This document shows positions 1 to 13,190 of a stretch of 64,000 nucleotides of DNA, piece by piece (position 1 is the first letter of the stretch; each line of letters opens with the position of its first letter). Source of the DNA: Eledone cirrhosa (Eukaryota); assembly GCA_964016885.1 (NCBI GenBank), contig CAXHJY010000028.1, forward strand, positions 5,769 to 69,768, written 5' to 3'. The notes under the pieces were generated by a model. It saw nothing but the letters and a program-made list of their open reading frames with translations. It was not told the origin of the DNA and made no database searches. The position numbers and the translations under genes were made by a program.

Positions 1-133
1 CACTCATTCACACACTCATACACACACTCATACACACACACACCACACATGCACACATATTTTGGCTAATATATAGATCTGCTGCTTTAGACTTATATAA
101 ACGATATATAGATACACAAGTGGTCATATAGAA

Positions 134-2806
134 GTCACGACAAAAAGTGTCCAGACCACACTTTAAAGTGGTGGTGTAGGTATCACAACAAAATGTGTTC
201 AGTCTACACTTTAGAGTGGTGGTGTAGGTACCACAACAAAATGTGTCCAGACCACACTTTAAAGTGGTGGTGTAGGTACCACAACAAAATGTGTCCAGTC
301 CACACTTTAAAGTGGTGGTGTAGGTACCACAACAAAATGTGTCCAGACCATACTTTAAAGTGGTGGTGTAGGTACCACAACAAAATGTGTCCAGACCACA
401 CTTTAAAGTGGTGGTGTAGGTACCACAACAAAATGTGTCCAGTCCACACTTTAAAGTGGTGGTGTAGGTACCACAACAAAATGTGTCCAAACCACACTTT
501 AAAGTGGTGGTGTAGGTACCACAACAAAATGTATCCAGACCACACTTTAAAGTGGTGGTGTAGGTACCACAACAAAATGTGTCCAGACCACACTTTAAAG
601 TGGTGGTGTAGGTACCACAACAAAATGTGTCCAGTCCACACTTTAAAGTGGTGGTGTAGGTACCACAACAAAATGTGTCCAGACCACACTTTAAAGTGGT
701 GGTGTAGGTACCACAACAAAATGTGTCCAGTCCACACTTTAAAGTGGTGGTGTAGGTACCACAACAAAATGTGTCCAGACCACACTTTAGAATGGTGATG
801 TAGGTACCACAACAAAATGTGTCCAGACCACACTTTAGAGTGGTGGTGTAGGTACCACAACAAAAAGTGTCCAGACCACACTTTAAAGTGGTGGTGTAGG
901 TACCACAACAAAATGTGTCCAGTCCACACTTTAAAGTGGTGGTGTAGGTACCACAACAAAAAGTATCCAGTCCACACTTTAAAGTGGTGGTGTAGGTACC
1001 ACAACAAAAAGTGTCCAGTCCACACTTTAGAGTGGTGGTGTAGGTATCACAACAAAAAGTGTCCAGACCACACTTTAGAGTGGTGGTGTAGGTACCACAA
1101 CAAAATGTGTCCAGTCCACACTTTAAAGTGGTGGTGTAGGTACCACAACAAAATGTGTCCAGTCCACACTTTAGAGTGGTGGTGTAGGTATCACAACAAA
1201 AAGTGTCCAGACCACACTTTAGAGTTGTGGTGTAGGTACCACAACAAAATGTGTCCCGACCACACTTTAAAGTGGTGGTGTAGGTATCACAACAAAATGT
1301 GTCCAGTCCACACTTTAGAGTGGTGGTCTAGGTACCACAACAAAATGTGTCCAGTCCACACTTTAGAGTGGTGGTGTAGGTACCACAACAAAATGTGTCC
1401 AGTCCACACTTTAGAGTGGTGGTGTAGGTACCACAACAAAATGTGTCCAGTCCACACTTTAGAGTGGTGGTGTAGGTACCACAACAAAATGTGTCCAGTC
1501 CACACTTTAGAGTGGTGGTGTAGGTACCACAACAAAATGTGTCCAGTCCACACTTTAGAGTGGTGGTGTAGGTACCACAACAAAATGTGTCCCGACCACA
1601 CTTTAAAGTGGTGGTGTAGGTACCACAACAAAAAGTGTCCAGACCACACTTTAAAGTGGTGGTGTAGGTACCACAACAAAATGTGTTCAGTCCACACTTT
1701 AGAGTGGTGGTGTAGGTACCACAACAAAATGTGTCCAGACCACACTTTAAAGTGGTGGTGTAGGTACCACAACAAAATGTGTCCAGTCCACACTTTAAAG
1801 TGGTGGTGTAGGTACCACAACAAAATGTGTCCAGTCCACACTTTAAAGTGGTGCTGTAGGTACCACAACAAAATGTGTCCAGTCTACACTTTAAAGTGGT
1901 GGTGTAGGTACCACAACACAATGTGTCCAGACCACACTTTAAAGTGGTGGTGTAGGTACCACAACAAAATGTGTCCAGTCCACACTTTAAAGTGGTGCTG
2001 TAGGTACCACAACAAAATGTGTCCAGTCTACACTTTAAAGTGGTGGTGTAGGTATCACAACAAAAAGTGTCCAGTCCACACTTTAGAGTGGTGGTGTAGG
2101 TACCACAACAAAATGTGTCCAGTCTACACTTTAAAGTGGTGGTGTAGGTACCACAACAAAATGTGTCCAGTCCACACTTTAAAGTGGTGCTGTAGGTACC
2201 ACAACAAAATGTGTCCAGTCTACACTTTAAAGTGGTGGTGTAGGTATCACAACAAAAAGTGTCCAGTCCACACTTTAGAGTGGTGGTGTAGGTACCACAA
2301 CAAAATGTGTCCAGTCCACACTTTAGAGTGGTGGTGTAGGTATCACAACAAAATGTGTCCAGTCTACACTTTAGAGTGGTGGTGTAGGTACCACAACAAA
2401 ATATGTCCAGTCCACACTTTAGAGTGGTGGTGTAGGTATCACAACAAAATGTGTCCAGACCACACTTTAAAGTGGTGGTGTAGGTACCACAACAAAATGT
2501 GTCCAGTCCACACTTTAAAGTGGTGGTGTAGGTACCACAACAAAATGTGTCCAGTCCACACTTTAAAGTGGTGGTGTAGGTACCACAACAAAATGTGTCC
2601 AGTCCACACTTTAAAGTGGTGGTGTAGGTATCACAACAAAAAGCACCCAGCACACACTGTAAAGTGGTGGTGTAGGTACCACAACAAAATGTGTCCAGTC
2701 CACACTTTAAAGTGGTGGTGTAGGTACCACAACAAAATGTGTCCAGTCCACACTTTAAAGTGGTGGTGTAGGTATCACAACAAAAAGCACCCAGCACACA
2801 CTGTAA
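134..2806 (+). repeat. 48-bp minisatellite (~55 copies) derived from an internal module of the SINE/RTE 3' tail
   Basis: Unit gtgtccagaccacactttaaagtggtggtgtaggtaccacaacaaaat repeats at a 48-nt period. The last units grade into aaaagcacccagcacacactgtaaag and then the shared tail ggttggtgttaggaagggtatccagctgtagaaa. Confidence 0.95.
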
Positions 2807-2968
2807 AGGAGGTTGGTGTTAGGAAGGGTATCCAGCTGTAGAAACCTAACTAAAATCAGTCCTGTGTGAGCGAATCACGAATCTCCGACCTGATCTCTCA
2901 CAAAGGGACAGCCCATCCTACCCATGCTAGTGTGGAAAATGGATGTTAAATGATGATGATGATGATGA
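2807..2968 (+). mobile_element. RTE/SINE shared 3' tail ending in (TGA)n
   Basis: ggttggtgttaggaaggg...acccatgctagtgtggaaaatggatgttaaa(tga)n. The same tail recurs at ~8080, ~49360, ~52630 and ~58570. Confidence 0.85.
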
Positions 2969-2994
2969 TTTACAGCTGTGAACACACACATACA

Positions 2995-3047
<53 letters not shown>

Positions 3048-3156
3048 TCACATAATCTCACAAACACCAGGCTTTCTTTTTAAAAAGTGACAAGCAAGCA
3101 CCACCAGTATATAGGCAAACCACCAATTTTCTGGCAACTGATGGTCCAGCATACCT

Positions 3157-3378
3157 TTTAACCCTTTAGCATTTAACCCAGCCGTATCCAGCCTGAATTT
3201 TCTCAACTCTTTCTGTTCAAACCGGCTGTAACCAGCCACTCATACTGATGTTAAGGTATTGTTCTCAAAATGAATAATATCAAAATCTCATAGATTCGAT
3301 ATTATGGGAGATAATTATGAGGTAAAGCTATGAAAATATAATAGTAAATATTGAGTAATGGAAATGATAAAGGGTCAA
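3157..3378 (+). mobile_element. piggyBac-type MITE (~225 bp; TTAA-CCCTTTAGCATTT...AAATGCTAAAGGG-TTAA family)
   Basis: Terminal ttaaccctttagcattt with a degenerate inverted end. Homologous copies at ~13906-14109, 18622-18844, 22857-23085, 25491-25715, 39055-39276 (-), 39919-40149 (-), 51916-52152 and 53020-53491 (-). TTAA flanks plus CCC/GGG ends are piggyBac hallmarks. Confidence 0.8.
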
Positions 3379-4458
3379 TTATGAATGTACACCAGAGTAT
3401 TTTACTCAATGGCCACAAGTAGCACTGTATGTCATTTGGAATCATAGAAATGTCTAAATATCGGCAGCTGTTGCAACTCCAGGGAATTGGGAAAATTCTT
3501 GGCCTATATTGCTTCCATTTATTCCTAGTTATGGCTTCAAAACACAGTGCCACAGTGATAGTATAAAACTATTTACACCTTTATGTAGTTGTAGTTAAGA
3601 AATATTCCAAAGTTTGTTGTAAAGGTTTGATAGTAAAAAAAAGTTATTAATAATGCAACAGCAGTCTCCTAGCAATTTAACCTGAATTATTATTGCGTGA
3701 TCTCTGCTAGTCCACCAAAACGATAATTTGGCACTGGTCTGGAACCAAAGAGACTGGAAAATCAATGTATGCAACCTTGTTTGCAGAAATGCTGCAAATA
3801 TTTAGATGTGAATTTCAATAAATATTCAGACAGTAATATGGTGATATTTTTTCTGATGTTTTTCACTTCATGTACTGGCAACAATAATAAAAAGGAAGAA
3901 ATGAAAGATATATAGTAGTAGAAGGATGAATGGTGCAAGGTTTTAAAGAGGATATTGAAGACAAAAGTATGAAAAAAGTGTGAGCAAGTAGTAGCAGTCA
4001 CTTTTTTGTCAGTGTCATCAAACAATCGAGAAATAGATTCAATAGAAGTTCAAAAAAAGATTTATTTTTCTTTAATACTACACACTTATCAGTGATCTAA
4101 AGACTTCAACCATCTATTGAGCTTTTTATTCTCTGTTTTAGCTATTTCATCCTCTTGCATGTAATGTAGTGTAAATCTGTTTGAATAGTGATGCACCTGC
4201 TTATTTACAATACTCATTCCCAAGTATAAGATTCTGGTCTGGAGAAATTATTGTTGAACATTCTGTGTGTGTGTGTGTATGTGTGTGTGTGTGTGTGTGT
4301 GCGCCCATGCACATGCTTGTGTATGCATGTGTACTCAGGTGTATAGTATGATGTTTAGAAAATGGCAAGAAGGCTCTGTATCTACTGAAGATATATATAG
4401 TTATGATATAACATAACATTTGTTTAGATTACCCCATACATATATTTGTATGTATATT

Positions 4459-4502
<44 letters not shown>

Positions 4503-4680
4503 TATGTATATATGTAAGTGTATATATATATATATTTAGTTACAACAGTGATATATATATGTATGTATATAAGTGTGTATATATATATATATATATATTT
4601 AGTTACAACAGTGATATATGTATGTATGTAAGTGTATATATATATATATATTTAGTTACAACAGTGATATATGTATGTAA

Positions 4681-4715
<35 letters not shown>

Positions 4716-4819
4716 GTTACAACAGTGATATATATATTGTTGTAACTAATTGTATTTAATTCGTCCTATGGACTGAGTGCTCTACCAACTTTGGATATGA
4801 AATATTTGGGGAATTCCTT

Positions 4820-5019
4820 ATAGATATTGGGAGATGACCACAGTTAAAAAAGGTACTCAATACGTTGGTAGAGTATGGGCATCTTTATTTTATCAATAAA
4901 TAACTTCTACAGGACTAGAACTGTTTCATTCTTCTGAAATCATCAGGATGTCCTTTCTCCATAATTTCATACCAATGAAACAGTTCAAGTCCCATAGAAA
5001 TCATGTCAATATAAAATAA

Positions 5020-5025
<6 letters not shown>
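4820..5025 (-). mobile_element. Fold-back element with hammerhead-like core (putative Penelope-like remnant), same family as 50133-50342
   Basis: Minus strand reads CTGATGA-tttcagaagaat-GAAAcagttc. The right side has an imperfect inverted arm (aatgaaacagttcaagtcc), followed by (TA)n. Confidence 0.55.
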
Positions 5026-5068
<43 letters not shown>

Positions 5069-5234
5069 GAAGGAGGTGTGGTAAGGAACCAGATGGACCA
5101 TAACGCACCAGAGTACTCAATACTTAGGGTAGTAGAAGAGTGAGTAATAGGAAAATGTGTGACCCCGACGGCTATTTCTGTCCAGAAATAGCCGTCGAAG
5201 TGGCTTGAGCTCTGCTGTCGGGATCACACATTTT

Positions 5235-5275
<41 letters not shown>

Positions 5276-5278
<3 letters not shown>

Positions 5279-5718
5279 GGAATTGAGTTTTATTGTAGTA
5301 CAATAAAGCAATGCAGATATCGGATAAGTAGCACTCTACAGTTTATAGGACTGGAGTATAAATAATAATATATAAGATCAAAAGATGGTTAAAAGAGTTC
5401 CATGTATTTTATTATGAGCATTTCAAAAACAAATATCATCATGCAATAACATTTGCGTTTTTGTCAGATGAAATAGGGAGACATGATATGAAGGTTAAAA
5501 CACTTGTGAATAGTGCAGTTTTAAATCAACATATCCCCATATGTTGATTTAAAACTGCACTATCCACAAGTGTGTTTTAACCTTCATATCATGTCTCCCT
5601 ATTTCATCTGACAAAAACGCAAATGTTATTGCATGATGATATTTGTTTTTGAAATGCTCATAATAAAATACATGGAACTCTTTTAACCATCTTTTGATCT
5701 TATATATTATTATTTATA
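5276..5718. repeat. Long near-perfect palindrome (~178-bp arms, cccc loop at 5535-5538) with an ~80-bp one-sided tail, between (TA)n tracts
   Basis: 5357-5534 is the reverse complement of 5539-5718 with few differences. Tail 5276-5356 also occurs at 62373-62452. Confidence 0.9.
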
Positions 5719-5746
5719 TATATTTATATATATATATATATATATA

Positions 5747-5973
5747 TTTGAAAAAAGGAAAAGAAATTACTTCACTTGTAGTTGGTGTTCTAAACAATTT
5801 TATTTTATAATTTTGCAGTTTTTACAATTTTGTTATCTAGATCTACATACAAAGGTTGTAAAATTTGTAAAATTATAAAATTAGATTGTTTACGACACCA
5901 ACCTCAAGTGAAGTTATTCTTTTCCTTTTTTCAAATTTACCTAACTGTACCAAATATTTCAAGCATTTTCCAA
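5747..5973. repeat. Imperfect fold-back element with right-hand tail in (TA)n
   Basis: tttgaaaaaaggaaaagaa...ttcttttccttttttcaaa inverted arms (5747-5936), plus an ~37-nt extension. Confidence 0.75.
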
Positions 5974-5978
5974 TATAT

Positions 5979-6023
<45 letters not shown>

Positions 6024-6111
6024 GGAAAAATTTGAACAGGGACAAAACAGAGAGGCAGTACAACGAATGTTTATTAATTTCGCGCTCTGGAGAGTGGGGT
6101 GTTGGTGGGGG

Positions 6112-6143
6112 ACGACGTTTCGGGCATAAGCCCTTCCTCAGGT
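6112..6143 (-). ncRNA. Minimal type I hammerhead ribozyme motif (Penelope-type)
   Basis: Minus strand: ac CTGAGGA a GGGC ttat GCCC GAAA cg TC gt, with AATAAA ~40 nt downstream. Stem I is only 2 bp before the (TA)n junction. Confidence 0.7.
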
Positions 6144-6161
6144 GAGATATATATATATATA

Positions 6162-6390
6162 TGAAGTATTTCCGTAGGAAATGTAAAGGAAAAGAGAGTG
6201 CTCTATGTAGGTTACAGAGCTTTTTAGTTATGTAATAAACAACATGAGATAATTAATTCATTTACCAGTGGTTTCTTGAAGACAGATATTTATATCTGTC
6301 TTCTGATGACTGAAGACAGATATAAATATCTGTCATCAAGAAACCACTGGTAAATGAATTAATTATCTTATGTTGTTTATTACATAACTA
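6162..6390. repeat. Fold-back element with left tail; the pivot contains duplicated hammerhead stem II-like hairpins
   Basis: Inverted arms span 6226-6390. The centre has gaagacagatatttatatctgtc / ctgatgactgaagacagatataaatatctgtc. Tail plus arm recur at 48155-48270. Confidence 0.75.
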
Positions 6391-7340
6391 TATATATACA
6401 CACACACATACGCATGCACACATACACACACATAAGTATACAAACAAATGAAAAGAGAACTCAAGACATTTGATGACAGCTAATATATTTGTATTGGTGG
6501 TTTGTGGCATAAATCTATATAACTCAAAACTTCATAGATTTAAAGACATGTCTGATGGTTCAGTTACTATTGATCTAAATGGTGAGGTTACCACAAGTTC
6601 TAAAGAAGGATAGTTGCCATTCAATGATTTACTAAATTAGTCAGTTTGAATCGTAAGATGGAGCAAGTTTGACATGTACTAGGAGTTGTAGCAACTGTTG
6701 AAAATCCACCAGGGTCGTGGGGAGGCCAGCGTGTGGGACCCCATTTGCTCATAATAGTGAGAGAGGGGGAGGACAAGAGAGACGGAGGTGATGACAGTGG
6801 GAGTTTGGCTCCTCTGTGTTCAGATCTGGTGTATATGTGTGTGTATTCTTACACTATTGACCCTTCCATCTTGTTAAATGTTTGTACATGATAATTTAGG
6901 TGTATTTTATAATCTATGCAAATTTCCACATATTCTTACTCGTATCTTTATTGCTAAATGGGGAGAAAACTCTCACAGTGGATAAGCATTATGAAATTCC
7001 ATAAATATTCACATAACAATTGGATATTTTATTTTTCACTTGCAAACTCTCAGTATATATCATCATCATCATCATTTTATGTCTGCTTTTCCCTGCTTGC
7101 AAGGGTTGGATGGGTCCTATTCAGCACAGCATCTCTCCACTTCGTCATCTCCTCGGTGAGTTTCAGTGATCTGAGGTCTGCTCTCACCACCTCTGCCCAC
7201 GTTTTCCGTGGTCTTCATCTACTGCGTATTCATTCGCCGTGGTTAACTTTGCCTTTCATCTTTACGGGGGTCGATAAAATAAAGTACCAGTAATACACTG
7301 GGTAATTGCTGGCCTTGTGCCAAAAGTAGAAACATTTAAT

Positions 7341-7630
7341 AGTATAGATTAAAGTTTAAGCAAAGAAGTTCTGCTTTGGTTCTTTATAGGATCTTTGTAA
7401 TGATGGTTTGTGGCATAAATCTAAGTGAAAGCAGACATTCTTTGCTTAAACTTTAATCTGTACTAATAATAAATATTTGCTCTACAGTGTTTATATATAC
7501 TTATATGTGGGACAACTCCCGTCTAACCCATGCTAGCGTGGAAAATGGACGTTAAACAAAGATGATGATGATGATGATATACAATCTTTATCGAGCCCTC
7601 TTTGGATTTAGGTCTTTGCATTTATTATTA
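7341..7630. repeat. Fold-back element family (agattaaagtttaagcaaaga arms) with right tail, interrupted by an RTE tail
   Basis: Arms span 7341-7464. The tail ...atcgagccctctttggattt... is shared with 42696-42840 and 46308-46520. Confidence 0.75.
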
Positions 7631-7929
7631 CAACATATGTATGTATAAACATATATATATGTATGTATACATTTACATTTCTACACACAACATACAAATA
7701 TCTACACACTATTGGATAGTCGTTGACTCTCCTGAGTTCCTCTGCCTTTTGAAAGGTTTTGCTTTTCTATCCCATAGTGTGTCCAAAAATCCCCCTCTTC
7801 ACCAAACACACTTGGGGAGATTGCTGGTTCAGTCATGTGACTGGTTGTACTGGGTTACATGATACCAGTAACACTTGAAAGCAACCTGATACACTTTATC
7901 TGGCTTTTCAGATGCCCCAAATGTGCAAT

Positions 7930-8195
7930 GAGTTTCCTTGAGCAAGAGACTTTATTTCACATTGCTCCAGTTTACTCAGCTGTAGAAATGAGATGATAGG
8001 GACTGGGGTCCCTATCATTCCACTGCAAAGTGGTCGTGGAGGTGCCACAGCAAAAAAGCACCCAGCACTCACTGTAAATGAGGTTGGTGTTAGGAAGGGC
8101 ATCCAGCTGTAGAAATCAAGCCAGAATCAGAGCCCGTCCCACCCTTGCAAGCAGGGAAAAGCAGACGTAAAATGATGATGATGATGATGATGATG
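7930..8195 (+). mobile_element. 5'-truncated SINE family B (CORE-like body plus RTE tail)
   Basis: ccttgagcaagagactttatttcacattgctccagtttactcagctgtagaaatgag...ggttggtgttaggaagggcatcc...(tga)n. Matches 26945-27282. Confidence 0.8.
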
Positions 8196-8505
8196 AGTGT
8201 AGCCAGATTTGCCTCAGCATAGCTGGTCTCAGAAGTCATCATAGAAGCGAAGTACAATATGTTGCTGATTATGGTCTCTTTGGCATTTCTGCCTGTTGGA
8301 AGTGTGGAAAACAATGTATTGCAGCTGGTGGATCTTAAGATCATTTGAAAACTCACCAAAACAAAACAGGGAACCAACATTCATCACTGCAGCATATGCA
8401 GAAAGGAATGTAAATGTTTGGCGGGGTGAAAGAGTGACATTTATGCCACCCAGGTGGGAGAGGGGGATCAGGTGGTGACAATTCTTGAAATCAAGATGCA
8501 GCCTG
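8194..8505 (+). pseudogene. Decayed C2H2 zinc-finger-encoding 3' end of a LINE (RTE-like)
   Basis: Frameshifted translations ECSQICLSIAGLRSHH, CWKCGKQC...HLKTHQ and CSICRKECKCLAG, with stops and frameshifts. Confidence 0.55.
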
Positions 8506-8534
8506 TCTGTCCGTCTGTATGTATGTATGTGTGT

Positions 8535-8593
<59 letters not shown>

Positions 8594-8684
8594 CGCACGT
8601 GCGTACGTATGTGCATGTGTGTATATGTATAAATGTATGTCAGTATAAACGTGTATGTATAAATGTATATATATAAATGTATTA

Positions 8685-8899
8685 AGTGTAATGAGTTCAA
8701 ATCTCAAGCATTCCTTTACAATGAAAATAGCTCAAAGAAAAGAATAGTTCTGAGCCGTGTAATAAATATAAATCAATATATATGATTAAACACAGATACA
8801 AACATATCTTTGTTTATATTGCAAAAGGAATTAAGTTAGCAATATAAACAAAGATATGTTGGTATCTGTGTTTAATCATATATATTGATTTATATTTAT
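8685..8899. repeat. Fold-back element with left tail in (TA)n
   Basis: Arms ataaatcaatatatatgattaaacacagata...tatctgtgtttaatcatatatattgatttat (8762-8899). Confidence 0.75.
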
Positions 8900-8930
8900 A
8901 TATAAATGTATAAATGTATATATATATAAA

Positions 8931-8968
<38 letters not shown>

Positions 8969-9046
8969 TATCCGGGAGCTTCCAACAGAAATGGTCGCAT
9001 TCTTTAAGGGTATGTCAATATTTATTTATAAAACTGCTCTATATTA

Positions 9047-9111
9047 TATTTTATCTGATGAAAGCACACCATAATTTAACTTGGTGTTCTTGAAATATGT
9101 ATAATGAAATA
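9047..9111 (+). ncRNA. Type I hammerhead ribozyme motif
   Basis: Stem I tattttat/atgaaata (8 bp including one G-U), CTGATGA at 9055-9061, stem II aagcacacca/tggtgttctt (9 of 10 pairs), GAAA at 9092-9095, short palindrome-like stem III atatgtat, then A at the cleavage position. The element is TA-flanked; a degenerate homolog lies on the minus strand at ~44170-44232. Confidence 0.7.
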
Positions 9112-9392
9112 AATATGGTTTTATAAATATAGTTTCCATTTGTTAATATATCGTATATATATATATATATATATATGCATGTATATATAAACGTATATAT
9201 AGACGATCGCTGTCCTGTTTTAAGTGCCAAAACATCTTTGATCCACAGTAAACAGCTGATGAAGGGCTACTTTTCCTCTCTTGTTTACGCCCTTTCCATC
9301 TTACACTTTGTTTACAGTAACCACACAGCCTGCCTCTTTACTTGTATTTTTATATGTATATATATATATGATCATCATCATCATCTATATAT

Positions 9393-9625
9393 ATATAGTG
9401 AAAAGATAACAAGGACGATTGGTTACTCCTTCATTACGTTTATTGGTTGGTGACACGCGTTTCGCCACTGATCAGCTCAAGGTTCGATCTGCAACCAATC
9501 GTCCTTGTTATCTTATTTCACTATAATACACTCTGTCCAGCTCTACACCTCGACACTGAAGTGAACCTAAACATCGAGTGCTCACCCGGGTGAACCTACA
9601 GTAACTCCAAGTTACACTCCTTGGA
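9393..9625. repeat. Fold-back element with right tail and partial hammerhead (minus strand GAAACGCGTGTC then AATAAA)
   Basis: Arms tatagtgaaaagataacaaggacgattggtt / aaccaatcgtccttgttatcttatttcactata. Confidence 0.65.
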
Positions 9626-9954
9626 TATAGATATATATAGACGTTTATACAAACATATACTTATATATATATATATGTCTACCCTGTGAGGTGGTCATGC
9701 TGGAGACATGACAAATGCAGCCAGTCCACTCTGTCAGCTCGTTATTTTGGAGTTATGATAAAAAGTACCCAGTTAACAGTTTAACATGGTTAGCATTACG
9801 GAAGGCATCCAACAATAGAAACCATGCCAAAGTCAGATCCCTATGAGCATGACCTGGTCACCTGACCTGGCTTGTTTCACAACATTACAAACCTGTGAAA
9901 CCCATGCAAGCATAGAAGATAGTGGTTAAACGATAAAGATGTACATATATTCAA

Positions 9955-9990
<36 letters not shown>

Positions 9991-10075
9991 AAATATATAC
10001 ATGTATATATGTTTAAATATATACAAGTATATATGCATATGTATATATATGTGTGTGTGTGTTTATATATATTTA

Positions 10076-10114
<39 letters not shown>

Positions 10115-10788
10115 ATGCCCCCTCGTTATTGAGTATGGCCATTGCACGATCAGTATCGGTAGAGGGTCGGACATGCTTTCCAGCATAGTTATGTCCCTTT
10201 ATGTTCTGAGTTCAAATCCCGCCGAGGTTAACTTTGCCTTTCATCCTTACGGGGTCGATAAAATAAAGTACCAGTAATGTACTGGCTAATTGCTGGCCTT
10301 GTGCCAAAAGTAGAAACAATTAATAATTATTAATTAATTCTATCGTGCAATGCCTGTGCGTGAAGATATATTTTAAAGTGAGGAAAGACTGTGCACTGAG
10401 CCAATCCCACTCTCTGAGCGACAGTAGCTATAACCCGAAAAGAAGAAAAGATCAACATCATTGGTAACTACTGAGCCGCAGGTTATATATCGCAGTTATC
10501 CCAGTTTCTTGAGTTGCCTTCTCTTAGAAGAATGCCCTGAGAAAGGCTAGGGGTCATTCACTCCCAGTGGTTTAACCGGGCGGTACATGTGTATATACAT
10601 ATTTACACACTTTCGGATGGCTGTTGACTCTTACGAGTTTCTTTTGTTTTTTGTCCTGCAGGGTGTCCAAAATCCTCCTCCTCACCAAATAAACTTAGTG
10701 GGGTTGCCAGTTTAGTTGCCGACGACCCGACCAGGTTGTACTGGGTTACATGTTACCAGTAGCCCTCAAGAGTGACCCAACATATATG

Positions 10789-10826
<38 letters not shown>

Positions 10827-11514
10827 ATGCCCCCTCGTTATTGAGTATGGCCATTGCACGATCAGTATCGGTAGAGGGTCGGACATGCTATCCAGTATAG
10901 TTATGTCCCTTTACGTTCTGAGTTCAAATATATATATATATATATTACTCTTTACCTGTTCCAGCCATCCAGCTGAGGCCATGCTGGGGCCCCACCCTTA
11001 TATATATATGTATATATTTATGATACAAGTGGAAGCTTAGTAAAATCGAAGCTTTGGCTGTGGGCAAGCACTCAATAAGGGTGGGTCCTTAGAGTAATAA
11101 CATACGTTTAAATAGCTTGACAAATTGAACATTGCAGTAGGCAAAACCCAACCACGCAATACCAAAACAACAAAAGAACTAACAGGTTAAAAGATTAAGA
11201 TATATATTTATGATATACGTATCCAACACACGCACATATATAATATATGAAGTATTCATGGTATTATACTCAATATATACTTAGGTACAGAGTTAGTATA
11301 GTAGTTAGTAAGATCCCAACAGCAGTCCCACTATGTTTCAACTGGCTTGAGAGCTAACTAGCTTTCAACTGTTTATTCCTAATACAAATTTATTCCTATA
11401 TATATCTATAATATATTATACATAATATATTATAGATAATATATTTTATATTATATATTGCAATTAAATGCTATATATGAAATATATTACATATATGATT
11501 TATATAATACATAC

Positions 11515-11554
<40 letters not shown>

Positions 11555-11651
11555 TATGTATTATGCATAATATATTTTATATTATATATATGTGTTATAT
11601 ATAAGCTATATTACATATGTTGTAAATAATACAGACTATAATATATATATG

Positions 11652-11688
<37 letters not shown>

Positions 11689-11732
11689 GTATATATATAT
11701 ATGTATATATATATATATGTATCTCTATCTAT

Positions 11733-11982
11733 CTAAGGCGGGTAAAATTCCCGAGATCCATGGACAAGTTCTCTCCAGCGGTCTCTGTCCCTCATTATCG
11801 CTGCCATATCCTGCATCTCCAACAGACCAGTGTCTGTCCTTAGGGCATCAACATATGTTAACCTTGGTCTTCCTCTTCTAGTGTGTCCATGTAGGGGCTC
11901 CCAAAGGAGCACTGAGTGCAATATCAACTCTGGATGTCGGTGAGCATGTCCAGCCAACCTCAGTCTCCTCTGTGTCACTTTT
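11733..11982 (-). mobile_element. RTE LINE 3' fragment (second RTE family)
   Basis: Translates [48 protein letters not shown], typical of the RTE ORF2 C-terminus. Second copy at 43985-44137. Confidence 0.8.

Positions 11983-13190
<1,208 letters not shown>

Noticed and set aside
134-2841. Long Cys/His/Trp-rich ORFs (674 aa, 489 aa and others) and a CRISPR-like appearance
   Set aside because: The ORFs exist only because the 48-bp unit is a multiple of 3. Units are contiguous with no unique spacers, there are no cas genes, and the context is eukaryotic.
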